The notes under the pieces are model-generated. The model had not been told where the DNA came from and ran no database searches. It saw nothing but the letters and a program-made list of their open reading frames with translations. A stretch of 64,000 nucleotides of DNA. It comes from an uncultured Pelagibacteraceae bacterium. Its GTDB lineage: Bacteria > Pseudomonadota > Alphaproteobacteria > Pelagibacterales > AG-422-B15. Positions 43,833-52,925 of the stretch are shown here, piece by piece. The DNA lies in assembly GCA_902526005.1 (NCBI GenBank), contig CABZIW010000001.1:295662-359661 (forward strand). Direction: 5' to 3'. Position numbers and translations under genes: made by a program. The stretch's first letter is position 1; each line of letters begins with the position of its first letter.

Positions 43833-44944
43833 AAATTTTCAAATGTTGAATTAATGAATCCTTTTATCGCCTCAAAAAACTTTGGTTCATCCAATAGGAA
43901 TGAGTCATGACCGTTTTCAGTTTCAATTTCAATAAAACTGACATTAAGCCCAAGAGAATTGAAAACTTTTACAATTTTTTTGTTTTCAGATGTTGGGTAT
44001 AGCCAATCACTGGTAAATGACACACAAAGAATTTTAGATTGCGTATTTTTAAAGGCCTCTATTAAGGAGCCATTATTTGCTGAGGAAACATCAAAATAAT
44101 CCATTGCCCGAGTGATATACAGATAGCTGTTTGCATCAAAGCGATCAACAAAAGTAAATCCTTGATGTCTTAAGTAACTTTCAATTTGAAAATCGGCATC
44201 AAAAGAATAATCCAAGCTATTTTTATCTTGGAGATTTCTTCCAAACTTACTTTGTAAAGCTTCTTTAGATAGATAGGAAATATGTGCTGCCATTCTAGCT
44301 ACTGAAAGCCCTTTCATGGGTTTTTTGTCAGAATGATAGTAATTTCCTGATTGCCAGTTTGGATCAGCCATTATGGACTGCCTTGCAAGCTCATTTAATG
44401 CAATGTTTTGAGCCGAATGGTTTGTTGCAGTTGCAATAGGAACTGCTGAATGTACCATTTCAGGAAACTTTGAAAGCCATTCGAGTACCAACATGCCCCC
44501 CATCGATCCGCCAGTAACACAGAATATTTTTTCAATTCCCAAATAATCAATTAATAATTTTTGAGCTCTAACCATATCTGCAATTGTAATTACAGGAAAA
44601 TCAGTCGCGAATTCTTTACCATTTTCAGGATTTATTTCTTTTGGACCTGTTGATCCCATGCACCCACCAATAACATTAGGGCAAATGACGAAGAACTTGT
44701 TCGTATCAATTGGTTTATCGGGCCCTACAACCATCGACCACCAGCCATTTTTTTTTGTAATGGGATGATCACTTGCCACATATTGATCGCCAGTCAAGGC
44801 ATGACAAACCAAGATTGAATTATTTTTTTTATCGTTAAGTTTGCCATATGTAGTATATGCAGTTTTAAATTTAGATAAACTTCCACCACCATCCAAATTT
44901 AATGGTTCATCTTCTGCTAAAGTAACAATTTTATTTTCACACAT
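43829..44944 (-). CDS. metX: homoserine O-acetyltransferase
   Basis: 371 aa from the ATG at 44944. VCHALTGDQ, nucleophile elbow GGSMGGM. The tracked TTG start at 44974 lies inside the leader terminator hairpin, so I rejected it. Confidence 0.92.
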   Translation of the reverse strand: MCENKIVTLAEDEPLNLDGGGSLSKFKTAYTTYGKLNDKKNNSILVCHALTGDQYVASDHPITKKNGWWSMVVGPDKPIDTNKFFVICPNVIGGCMGSTGPKEINPENGKEFATDFPVITIADMVRAQKLLIDYLGIEKIFCVTGGSMGGMLVLEWLSKFPEMVHSAVPIATATNHSAQNIALNELARQSIMADPNWQSGNYYHSDKKPMKGLSVARMAAHISYLSKEALQSKFGRNLQDKNSLDYSFDADFQIESYLRHQGFTFVDRFDANSYLYITRAMDYFDVSSANNGSLIEAFKNTQSKILCVSFTSDWLYPTSENKKIVKVFNSLGLNVSFIEIETENGHDSFLLDEPKFFEAIKGFINSTFENL

Positions 44945-44954
44945 AATTTTTTCC

Positions 44955-44990
44955 AAAAAAAAACCGCCCAACAACTTAGTTTGGCGGTTT
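44955..44990 (-). terminator. intrinsic terminator / attenuator in the metX leader
   Basis: Minus-strand RNA: AAACCGCCAA-loop-UUGGGCGGUUU followed by a run of 9 U. It ends 11 nt before the metX ATG. Confidence 0.72.
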
Positions 44991-44997
44991 CAACTAC

Positions 44998-45050
44998 CTC
45001 TTTAGCTGCATTTTTATTGCGCCCGCAAGCTGTGCTCAAATCGGCGCAAT
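44998..45050 (-). promoter_or_regulatory. SAM-II-like (metA/metX-type) H-type pseudoknot riboswitch aptamer, candidate
   Basis: Minus-strand RNA: GCGCC-GAUUUGAGCACAGCUUGCG-GGCGC-AAUAAAAAU-GCAGCUAAAG. It has a 5-bp GC stem, CGAUUU and GCUUGC loop elements, and a 3' tail (GCAGCU) complementary to the loop (AGCU-U-GC). It is locally GC-rich in an AT-rich spacer and sits upstream of metX-metW. Confidence 0.55.
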
Positions 45051-45056
45051 TCATGT

Positions 45057-45083
45057 ATTATATATTCAATAGGATATTGTCAA
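45057..45083 (-). promoter_or_regulatory. candidate sigma70-type promoter driving the metX leader
   Basis: On the minus strand: perfect TTGACA (45083-45078), 15-nt spacer, perfect TATAAT (45062-45057). The predicted start near 45050 is 3 nt before the aptamer P1 stem. Confidence 0.5.
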
Positions 45084-45157
45084 ATTAGAAGATTTATTTA
45101 TTTCAAAGATTTTCTTTCAAATTTAGCGATATTCACCTATTTATAGCCAATTGAAAT

Positions 45158-46222
45158 ATGAAAAAACTTAAAAATATAAAGCTTTACGAAGGAGGCATTT
45201 CATCAATTCCTGGCAAAAAGCAAGTTATTAAGGTGTCCTCTAATGAGTCACCATTTGGTCCGAGCTTGCGAGTACAAAAGGCGATATCAACGGCTAAGTC
45301 AAAAACTCACAAATATCCTGACGGAAATAGTCTGGAATTAAAGAATGCCTTATCAAAAAAAACCAAATTAAATATCAACAACCTCTTCGTTGGAAATGGA
45401 TCAGACGAGATACTAGGCCTGGCTTGTCAACTTTTTCTAAATAAAGGAGACGAAGTTATTATTCCTAAACACAGTTTTTTAATGTTTGAAATTTACTCTA
45501 AAATCAGTGGGGGCGTTGTTAAACGTTCATCAACAAAAAATTTACGTTTTGATGTAAAAAGCATTTTAAATAAAATCACAAAAAAAACTAAAATTATATT
45601 TATTGCGCAGCCCAATAATCCAACGGGATTTTATCTATCCAAAGAAGAATTAAGATTGCTTATCTCACGTGTCCCTAAGAAGATATTCATAATTATTGAT
45701 TCTGCCTATGCAGAATATGTAACTGATAAAGATTACTCTAATGGCATTAACTTTGCCAAAAAATATAAAAATATCATTGTCACTAGAACTTTCTCAAAAA
45801 TTTATGGTTTGGCGTCCTTAAGATTGGGTTGGTGCTATGCCCATACAGATATAATAAAATTAATGAATAAAGTGAGAGGGCCATTTAACGTAAATCAAAT
45901 TGCCCAACTTGCCGGCGTTGAGGCATTAAAAGATAAAAAATATGAAAAAAATGCAATAAACCATAACAAATTTTGGCTAAAAAAAATGAATAGTGAACTA
46001 AGTAGATTGCCAGTAAATGTTTATGATAGCAGAGCAAATTTTCTACTCATTAATGTAGGCAAATCTGTAAAAAAACTAAATCAGTATTTATTGTCAAAAT
46101 CAATTATTGTAAGGTTAATGGATAAGTATAATCTTCCAGATTGCATTAGGTTATCTATTGGTAAATCTACAGAAAATAGAAAAGTCCTTAAAGCTATGAA
46201 AGAGTTTTATAATGCCAAGTAA
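45158..46222 (+). CDS. hisC: histidinol-phosphate aminotransferase
   Basis: 354 aa. SNESPFGPS, GNGSDEIL, RTFSKIYGLASLRLGW (PLP lysine). Confidence 0.88.
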   Translation: MKKLKNIKLYEGGISSIPGKKQVIKVSSNESPFGPSLRVQKAISTAKSKTHKYPDGNSLELKNALSKKTKLNINNLFVGNGSDEILGLACQLFLNKGDEVIIPKHSFLMFEIYSKISGGVVKRSSTKNLRFDVKSILNKITKKTKIIFIAQPNNPTGFYLSKEELRLLISRVPKKIFIIIDSAYAEYVTDKDYSNGINFAKKYKNIIVTRTFSKIYGLASLRLGWCYAHTDIIKLMNKVRGPFNVNQIAQLAGVEALKDKKYEKNAINHNKFWLKKMNSELSRLPVNVYDSRANFLLINVGKSVKKLNQYLLSKSIIVRLMDKYNLPDCIRLSIGKSTENRKVLKAMKEFYNAK

Positions 46223-47138
46223 GAAGAGACCATTTAAAAAAATTAGTATAATTGGTTTGGGTTTAATAGGTTCTTCTATTGCCTTAGCTATAAAAAAGAA
46301 AAAACTAGCAGAAATTACCTCTGGTTACTCCAGGTCTTTAAAAACAAGAACTATTGCGAAAAAACTTAAATTAACAAGTGAAATAAAAAATAATATATCA
46401 GACTGCGTAAAGAATTCAGATTTGGTTATTATTTGTACTCACTTAAGTAGTTACAAAAGTATTTTTAAAAAGATATCACCACATCTTAATAAAGATGCCA
46501 TTGTAACAGATGTTGGATCTGCGAAAGAGTCTTCAATTTCAGAAGTCGAGAGTTTAATTAAAAAAAAGATAAATTTTGTACCTGCTCATCCTATTGCTGG
46601 TACTGAAAAAAGTGGGCCAAAAGCTGGCTTTGCTGAACTATTCGAAGAAAGATGGTGCATAATTACACCTTTAAAAGGCAATAAAACCAGAGACATAAAT
46701 AAAGTAAAAACTTTTTGGAAAAAATTGGGAAGCAAAGTAGAAACTATGACTCCTTCTAGACATGACAAAGTAATGGCAGTGACTTCTCATTTGCCCCATC
46801 TAATTGCTTATAATATGGTCCATACAGCAGCTGATTTAGAAAACTTTACAAAATCAGATATTGTTAAGTATAGCGCGAGTGGATTTAGAGATTTCACAAG
46901 AATTGCTTCCTCAGATCCTACTATGTGGAGAGATGTAATTTTGGCAAACAGAGAAGCTGTATTAGAAATGATTGGTAGATTTTCTGAAGACCTGAGTGCT
47001 ATACAAAAATCAATACGGTGGGAAGACGGAGATAGTTTGTATAAGTTATTTTCAAAAACAAGAATTGTGCGTGAGAAAATAATTAAAGCAGGTCAAGACA
47101 CTTCTGATGCCGATTTTGGTAGATCAAAAAGAAAATAA
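46212..47138 (+). CDS. tyrC: prephenate/arogenate (cyclohexadienyl) dehydrogenase
   Basis: 308 aa. ISIIGLGLIGSSIALA, VPAHPIAGTEKSG, SHLPHLIAY. Overlaps the hisC 3' end by 11 nt. Confidence 0.85.
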   Translation: MPSKKRPFKKISIIGLGLIGSSIALAIKKKKLAEITSGYSRSLKTRTIAKKLKLTSEIKNNISDCVKNSDLVIICTHLSSYKSIFKKISPHLNKDAIVTDVGSAKESSISEVESLIKKKINFVPAHPIAGTEKSGPKAGFAELFEERWCIITPLKGNKTRDINKVKTFWKKLGSKVETMTPSRHDKVMAVTSHLPHLIAYNMVHTAADLENFTKSDIVKYSASGFRDFTRIASSDPTMWRDVILANREAVLEMIGRFSEDLSAIQKSIRWEDGDSLYKLFSKTRIVREKIIKAGQDTSDADFGRSKRK

Positions 47139-47858
47139 TTCCTTTAAATCGATCAAAGGGATGAAAAGCACAGAAATAATTCCATTTTTAATTACCAAAG
47201 GGGTACTAAACAAATTATCATTGTTTTCAACATTTGATACGTCTAGTTGAATATTGCCATTTAAATTTGTACTTAAATCAGAAATTTTTCCTTCTAGCAA
47301 AATTCTTGTTTCATTTTTAAATGAGTCTAAAACATTTGATGCAACGGCTGTAAAAAAAACGCGATAGCCATTCTCATTAACTTTATTCATTTTAAAAATA
47401 ATTTTTTTTATATTTTCTATATTGTAATCACCTATATTCAGACTCATATCATTTGAAATTGAATAAATCTCATAAATTTGTCCTTTATCCATCGACAACC
47501 TGAGCTGAATATCATTCATAAAAAAATTTAAAGAGTCGTCTTCATTAAATGAACTATTTATTTTATCCGTTCTCATCATTAGTTTACTTATATCGAAAGG
47601 ATTCATATCAATTTTTATATTTCCTATTTCTATATTAGATAGGCTATCTGATCTGTTGAGATTAGGATTTACAATCAAACCTGATATTCTGTAAGGATAT
47701 CCCATTACCCTCAAGTCGTTATACTTAATGTTGTATCTTTCAAGGTTACTTGATAATTGGGATTTCAACTGAAAAGAAATAAACATCCAATAAATTGAAT
47801 AAATGAACAAAATAGCCAATACCAAAACGATTATTCTATTAAATGAAAATATCTTCAT
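47124..47858 (-). CDS. hypothetical membrane-anchored protein (single N-terminal TM)
   Basis: 244 aa, no family recognised with confidence. 4-nt start/stop overlap with plsC. Its 3' end overlaps the tyrC 3' end by 15 nt. Confidence 0.5.
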   Translation of the reverse strand: MKIFSFNRIIVLVLAILFIYSIYWMFISFQLKSQLSSNLERYNIKYNDLRVMGYPYRISGLIVNPNLNRSDSLSNIEIGNIKIDMNPFDISKLMMRTDKINSSFNEDDSLNFFMNDIQLRLSMDKGQIYEIYSISNDMSLNIGDYNIENIKKIIFKMNKVNENGYRVFFTAVASNVLDSFKNETRILLEGKISDLSTNLNGNIQLDVSNVENNDNLFSTPLVIKNGIISVLFIPLIDLKELFSF

Positions 47859-48589
47859 TTTGGATATTTAATCTTGGCCTCTTCAAGCAGTTTATCAGAC
47901 TGATTTTCAATAGAATTATATAATTTTTCTGTAAATTCAGCTTTATCTAGTCCTGGCTCAATTGGTTTTAAAAATTCAATTACCATTTTACCAGGATAAC
48001 GAAGAAATCGTCTCCTTGACCAGAAGTAACCACAATTAATTGCAACTGGTAGACAAGGAATTTTGAGACCATCGTACAAAGCTGTAACGCCATACTTATA
48101 TGGGCGACGTTCACCAACTGGTGTTCTGGTCCCTTCAGGAAAAATTAATAAAGGACGGGGATCATTGTCCATACTTCTTTTTGCAGAATTCACCATTGCC
48201 TGAATATTTGTTTCCCCTTTTCTCCTATCGACATATATGAAATTGGCTTTCTTAAAACAAAGTCCAACAATTGGTATGAATAATAATTGTTTTTTTGCAA
48301 TTATTGATGGTGTTTCAATCGCTTCATTAAGAAAAATAGCTTCTGCAAGAGATTGATGTTTAGCAGCTATGAGATATTTTCGAGTGCTTGGAATGTTTTC
48401 TAACCCACGGTACTCAACTTCTAGATTTGCAAATAGCTTAAGGCTTAATTTTGTATGTGTTGATTGAAAACGTATGATGCCAAGCATATGTATTTTAGGT
48501 AAGAAAAAAAGTATAGGTGCAAAAAAAATACAAATTAATAATACAATATAAAATGCTAAATTTGCTAAAAGAGATCTTACATAAATCAT
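47855..48589 (-). CDS. plsC: 1-acyl-sn-glycerol-3-phosphate (lysophospholipid) acyltransferase
   Basis: 244 aa. Acyltransferase blocks AKHQSLAEA (HX4-acidic) and IFPEGTR. Confidence 0.85.
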   Translation of the reverse strand: MIYVRSLLANLAFYIVLLICIFFAPILFFLPKIHMLGIIRFQSTHTKLSLKLFANLEVEYRGLENIPSTRKYLIAAKHQSLAEAIFLNEAIETPSIIAKKQLLFIPIVGLCFKKANFIYVDRRKGETNIQAMVNSAKRSMDNDPRPLLIFPEGTRTPVGERRPYKYGVTALYDGLKIPCLPVAINCGYFWSRRRFLRYPGKMVIEFLKPIEPGLDKAEFTEKLYNSIENQSDKLLEEAKIKYPK

Positions 48590-48592
48590 AAT

Positions 48593-49171
48593 TTAAAGTC
48601 CTATACTCAAACTTATTTTTGTCCTTAAATATTTTATATACTCTACAATTAATTTCTTCATACGAATATTTATTTTTTGATTGTCATATTTTACACCATA
48701 ATAGAAAGTTTCTTTATCTAATAAAAGTCGATTTACCTCGAGCTCAACTCTTGGTAGATGGTAATCAGATGTTATTAATAGAATATTTTTAATATTATTA
48801 TTCTTTTTCCAAAAAAAAATTTCTCTAACATTTTCGAAGGTATTTGTTGAAATGCTCTCAAGTTCAACACAACAATTAAACAGCTGATTAAATTTTGGAA
48901 ATTCTTTTTTTATTTCCTCAATAGAAATTTCTTTATTAACTCCTGATATTAAAAGCTTGTACCCAATCTCACTATTAAGTATTTTAAGTCCCTCTAATAT
49001 TCTAAATTTATCACCAGTTAGTACGACTATTCCTTCGATTTCTTTTTTATTGAGGTCTGTATTTTTATAGCCTTGAATGTTGAAGAGAAAAAAATTAAAT
49101 TGTAAGAGTACGATAATTACAAATAAAAGTAGAGAAAAATGAATGTAATGTGATTTTAATTCATTAATCAT
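48593..49171 (-). CDS. DUF218 / YdcF (ElyC-like) family protein
   Basis: 192 aa. N-terminal TM, VVLTGD.., LLISGV, TSDYHLPR motif typical of DUF218. Confidence 0.75.
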   Translation of the reverse strand: MINELKSHYIHFSLLLFVIIVLLQFNFFLFNIQGYKNTDLNKKEIEGIVVLTGDKFRILEGLKILNSEIGYKLLISGVNKEISIEEIKKEFPKFNQLFNCCVELESISTNTFENVREIFFWKKNNNIKNILLITSDYHLPRVELEVNRLLLDKETFYYGVKYDNQKINIRMKKLIVEYIKYLRTKISLSIGL

Positions 49172-49231
49172 TTTAAATAAGTTACACTATTTTACTGCTA
49201 ATAATTACAATTAATAAAATTAAGTAAGACT

Positions 49232-49621
49232 ATGATAATATCCTGTCCATCATGTTCGGCAAAGTATCTAGTAAATATAGAGGATATTGGCTTTGGCAGA
49301 CAGGTTAAATGTACAAGATGCAACCATTCTTGGTTTCATGAAAATAAGAATTATGAAAATGATAAAAAGTTACAAATAGAGGAAATTATTAATACTTACG
49401 CAGAACGGGATCATTCAAAGGATCAGAATTTACCAGTTGTTTATGAAAAAAACAAAACGAGTATTCCACTCCCATTTCTACTTTTATTGACCCCAGTAAT
49501 TTTCATATCAATCGATGCGGTTATACAAAACTCTAGTGTAAATGCATTTGAATTGAGCAGGTCAATTAACAGTTATATTGATTATATATTAGAACAAATA
49601 AGAAGCTTCTTCTCTTATTAA
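49232..49621 (+). CDS. MJ0042-type zinc-ribbon domain membrane protein
   Basis: 129 aa. MIISCPSCSAKYLV....VKCTRCNHSWF zinc ribbon followed by one TM helix. Confidence 0.72.
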   Translation: MIISCPSCSAKYLVNIEDIGFGRQVKCTRCNHSWFHENKNYENDKKLQIEEIINTYAERDHSKDQNLPVVYEKNKTSIPLPFLLLLTPVIFISIDAVIQNSSVNAFELSRSINSYIDYILEQIRSFFSY

Positions 49622-50850
49622 ATTTCATTTTTAATAAAGTCTTCGTATGACTGAGTTTTTCTAATTATTCTTATTTGAGATCCATCTACCATGAGCTCTT
49701 CAATAAGTGGTCGAGCATTATAGTTTGAACTCATCGTTGAACCATATGCCCCAACATCTTTTAATATGACGTATTGACCACTCTTTACTTTATTAAATTT
49801 TTGAATATTAAGAAATACGTCAGAACTCTCACATATTGGACCAACTATATCTGTATTTATTTCATCATATTCACTTGTCCTGACATCTGGCATTATTTCG
49901 TGATGAGCATCGTATAATGCAGGCCTCATCATATCGTTCATACCTGCGTCGATAATCACAAATTTTTTTCCAGTTATATTCTTTGTATAAAGTACTTTTG
50001 ATACTAATATTCCTGCATTTGCAGCTATAAGCCTACCTGGTTCAAAGATAAATTTAAGATTTTCTGTATCAAAATATTTTACGATTAAGTTTTTATAGTC
50101 TTCAAAAGTAAAATTTCTTTTTTCAGGACTAATTCCCCCACCAACATCAACGGTATTTATTTTTTTTGTTTCACTATTTATTTTAGCAACTAATTCACCA
50201 ATAATTTCAAATGTTCTTTGAAACGGTGTTAGGTCTTTAATATTGCTCCCTATATGAAAAGCTATAGACGAAATCTCTAAATTTGGATAATTTTGTCGAT
50301 TCTGAAAAATTTCGTAAGTTTGTTCTATACTGATTCCAAATTTATCCTCGAGACTGCCTGTGCTAATTTTTTTGTGCGTTTCTGATTGTATATCTGGATT
50401 AATCCTAATTCCTACTTTCTGAATTTTTCCCGACACAGAAGCTATTCGATTTATATGATCAAGTTCATCGAGTGATTCTGCATTGATTTGTAAACAATTA
50501 TTACTGATCGCAAATTGAATATCGCTAGCAGTTTTGCCAATGCCTGAAAAAACTATTTTATTTGGTTTCATCCCTGCTTGTAATGCTTTTCTCATTTCCC
50601 ACTCAGAAACAACATCTCCTCCCGCTTCGAGTTCGGTTAGAGTTTTTAGTATTGTTAGATTTGAATTTGATTTGAGAGAAAAACACACCGTTGCATCAAG
50701 TGAAGTAAGTGAATCTGAAAACTCTCTAAAATTATTTGTGAGAGTTTGTTTGCTATAACAGTAGAATGGTGTAGCTCTACCTTCAGCAATTTCTCTTATT
50801 GAGATATCCTCAAATTTAAGGATATCATTTTCATATTTTAGAAAGGACAT
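49618..50850 (-). CDS. lysA: diaminopimelate decarboxylase
   Basis: 410 aa. TPFYCYS, PLP-lysine region FSLKSNSN, VDVGGG, ICESSD. Confidence 0.93.
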   Translation of the reverse strand: MSFLKYENDILKFEDISIREIAEGRATPFYCYSKQTLTNNFREFSDSLTSLDATVCFSLKSNSNLTILKTLTELEAGGDVVSEWEMRKALQAGMKPNKIVFSGIGKTASDIQFAISNNCLQINAESLDELDHINRIASVSGKIQKVGIRINPDIQSETHKKISTGSLEDKFGISIEQTYEIFQNRQNYPNLEISSIAFHIGSNIKDLTPFQRTFEIIGELVAKINSETKKINTVDVGGGISPEKRNFTFEDYKNLIVKYFDTENLKFIFEPGRLIAANAGILVSKVLYTKNITGKKFVIIDAGMNDMMRPALYDAHHEIMPDVRTSEYDEINTDIVGPICESSDVFLNIQKFNKVKSGQYVILKDVGAYGSTMSSNYNARPLIEELMVDGSQIRIIRKTQSYEDFIKNEI

Positions 50851-50852
50851 TT

Positions 50853-50975
50853 TTAAGCCTTATAGATCTCTATTTTATAATTGCTTTTTGATTCTGTTGG
50901 GGGAAATTCAAGAGAGCCTTTTTTCCCACAACCAAGAATACATAAGAAAATAATCAAAATACTAATATTTTTCAT
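50853..50975 (-). CDS. lptM: small lipoprotein, LptM (YifL)-like (40 aa; not in the ORF track)
   Basis: Hand translation: MKNISILIIFLCILGCGKKGSLEFPPTESKSNYKIEIYKA. It has a lipobox ILGC followed by G-K-KG-x-L-x-FPP, as in YifL/LptM. Its ATG lies 14 nt inside the argH 3' end, and its stop is 2 nt before the lysA ATG. Confidence 0.6.
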   Translation of the reverse strand: MKNISILIIFLCILGCGKKGSLEFPPTESKSNYKIEIYKA

Positions 50976-52359
50976 TACTTAATTCTTTCCTAGCTTGACT
51001 AATCATTTTTCTTATCTCAGATATTGCTGTTCCGCCATAGCTTTTTTTATTGTTAATACTATTTTTCAAATCTAAAAATCCATACACAGATTTGTCTACA
51101 TTTTTATCAAATTTTTTATAATCCTTCATCGATATCTTATTTAAACTTATTTTCTTTTTTTCTGCAAAGTTGACAATTTTAGCGGTTAAATTGTGCGCAC
51201 TTCTAAAAGAATAACCAAGATTTATAACTAGCCAATCTGCTAAATCAGTTGCATTGGCAAAAGAAGATTTAAGCTTTTTCTCGATGTTTGATTTTTCAAT
51301 TTTAATTGTAGAGATTATTTCGATCATACAATCGAGACAAAGATGAATGTTTTTACTTGTTGAGGTTACAAGCGCCTTATCTTCCTGAAGGTCTTTGCTG
51401 TAAGTTAGTGGAAGAGATTTAAGCAAGTTAAGCATAGATGATAGATTTCCTGAAATTGTCGAAGATTTTGCTCTAATTAATTCAGCACCATCAGGATTTT
51501 TTTTCTGAGGCATAATTGAAGAACTCGACATTAATTGGTCTCCGATTTTAAAGAAACCCACTAAATCGGAATTATAAAGAGTAATTTCCTCGGCTAACCT
51601 TGATAAGTGAACAGCCATTAAGGATGAACTAGATAAAAAATCTACCACAAAATCTCGATCAGAAACTGTATCCAATGAATTTTTTGTAGGTTTTTTAAAG
51701 TCAAGCATTTTTGTTGTTTTGTTTCTATTAATTGGAAAATTAGTTCCCGCTAAGGCTCCTGCACCAAGCGGATTTTCGTTCATTCTTCTAAAAGAGTCGC
51801 TGAATCGATTCGTATCCCTGTTAAACATTTCAAAGTACGCCATAAAAAAATGTCCAACCGATATTGGCTGCGCAGTTTGCAGGTGAGTAAGGCCTGGAAA
51901 CGTAATCAAAATATTTTTACTTGCAACCTGTAGTAACGCAGATTTCAGTTTTTTTAATTTCTTTGAAATCAGTATATTATCTTTTTTCATCCACAATTTT
52001 AAATCTGTTACAACTTGATCATTTCTAGATCTACCAGTATGTAACCTTTCAGCGGCATCACCAATAAGCTCTTCTAGTCTACTTTCAATATTCATGTGGA
52101 TATCTTCAAGATTATCATCAAATATAAATTTATTATTTTTAATTTCAGTCCTAATTTTTTTTAATCCGGAAATAATTTTTTTTGAGTCTTTATTAGAAAT
52201 TATTTTTTGAGACGAGAGCATTGTAGCGTGTGCAATCGATGCTTCAATATCCTCTTCAAATAAAAATTTGTCATTTTCCAAAGACGAATTAATATTTATA
52301 AAAGACTCACTCGATTTTTTATTAAATCTATCTCTTAACTTATTTTTTTTAATGGACAT
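50962..52359 (-). CDS. argH: argininosuccinate lyase
   Basis: 465 aa. HTGRSRNDQV, SSIMPQKKNPD signature. Confidence 0.95.
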   Translation of the reverse strand: MSIKKNKLRDRFNKKSSESFININSSLENDKFLFEEDIEASIAHATMLSSQKIISNKDSKKIISGLKKIRTEIKNNKFIFDDNLEDIHMNIESRLEELIGDAAERLHTGRSRNDQVVTDLKLWMKKDNILISKKLKKLKSALLQVASKNILITFPGLTHLQTAQPISVGHFFMAYFEMFNRDTNRFSDSFRRMNENPLGAGALAGTNFPINRNKTTKMLDFKKPTKNSLDTVSDRDFVVDFLSSSSLMAVHLSRLAEEITLYNSDLVGFFKIGDQLMSSSSIMPQKKNPDGAELIRAKSSTISGNLSSMLNLLKSLPLTYSKDLQEDKALVTSTSKNIHLCLDCMIEIISTIKIEKSNIEKKLKSSFANATDLADWLVINLGYSFRSAHNLTAKIVNFAEKKKISLNKISMKDYKKFDKNVDKSVYGFLDLKNSINNKKSYGGTAISEIRKMISQARKELSNEKY

Positions 52360-52387
52360 TTTACTAAAACTATTTATTTCTCAAATA

Positions 52388-52921
52388 ATGATAATTTCTC
52401 TATGCAGTAGATTTATAATTTTGATGGTATATGCCACAATCCTTATCTTTTGCAACAGTTTATATACTTCAAATTCATACGCGAGTGAGTTGATAATAGA
52501 AAAAAAACAAGGTTTTTTGAGTAAATTCGAAGATATCAATAGCAATGATGTCACTTTAAATGATTTTAATGGCAAGTTGCTTTTAATTAATCTCTGGGCA
52601 ACATGGTGTGAACCTTGCAAAGAAGAAATGCCATCACTCGATAGATTGCAACAAAAATATGATAAACAAGATTTTCAGATACTTGCAATAAGCGTTGATC
52701 GTGGGCCGAAGAAAAAGTCAGTAAATTTTTTTAATGAATACGAAATCCAAAATATAGATTTATTCTTTGACGATAAAAATAATATACCACGAGAAGTAAG
52801 AGCAGCAGGACTGCCATTTTCATTTTTTATTGATCAAGAGGGAAATCAAATAGCAAAGTTTATTGGTCCAACTGAATGGGACAGTAACTACTTTCAAGAT
52901 TATATTGATAGTAATTTATAA
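52388..52921 (+). CDS. tlpA: thiol:disulfide interchange protein, TlpA/ResA family thioredoxin
   Basis: WATWCEPCKEEMP (CxxC). The tracked start 52268 runs through the divergent argH start. The ATG at 52388 gives 177 aa with an N-terminal anchor, but the exact start is uncertain. Confidence 0.78.
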   Translation: MIISLCSRFIILMVYATILIFCNSLYTSNSYASELIIEKKQGFLSKFEDINSNDVTLNDFNGKLLLINLWATWCEPCKEEMPSLDRLQQKYDKQDFQILAISVDRGPKKKSVNFFNEYEIQNIDLFFDDKNNIPREVRAAGLPFSFFIDQEGNQIAKFIGPTEWDSNYFQDYIDSNL

Positions 52922-52925
52922 ATAA

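Noticed and set aside
44945-44974. N-terminal extensions proposed by the ORF track: metX from a TTG at 44974, serC from 37650, sdhD from 4221, tlpA from 52268.
   Set aside because: The extensions run through the leader terminator hairpin (metX), or overlap the preceding or divergent gene by 70-120 nt. In-frame ATGs just after the upstream stop give proteins of canonical length and N-termini.
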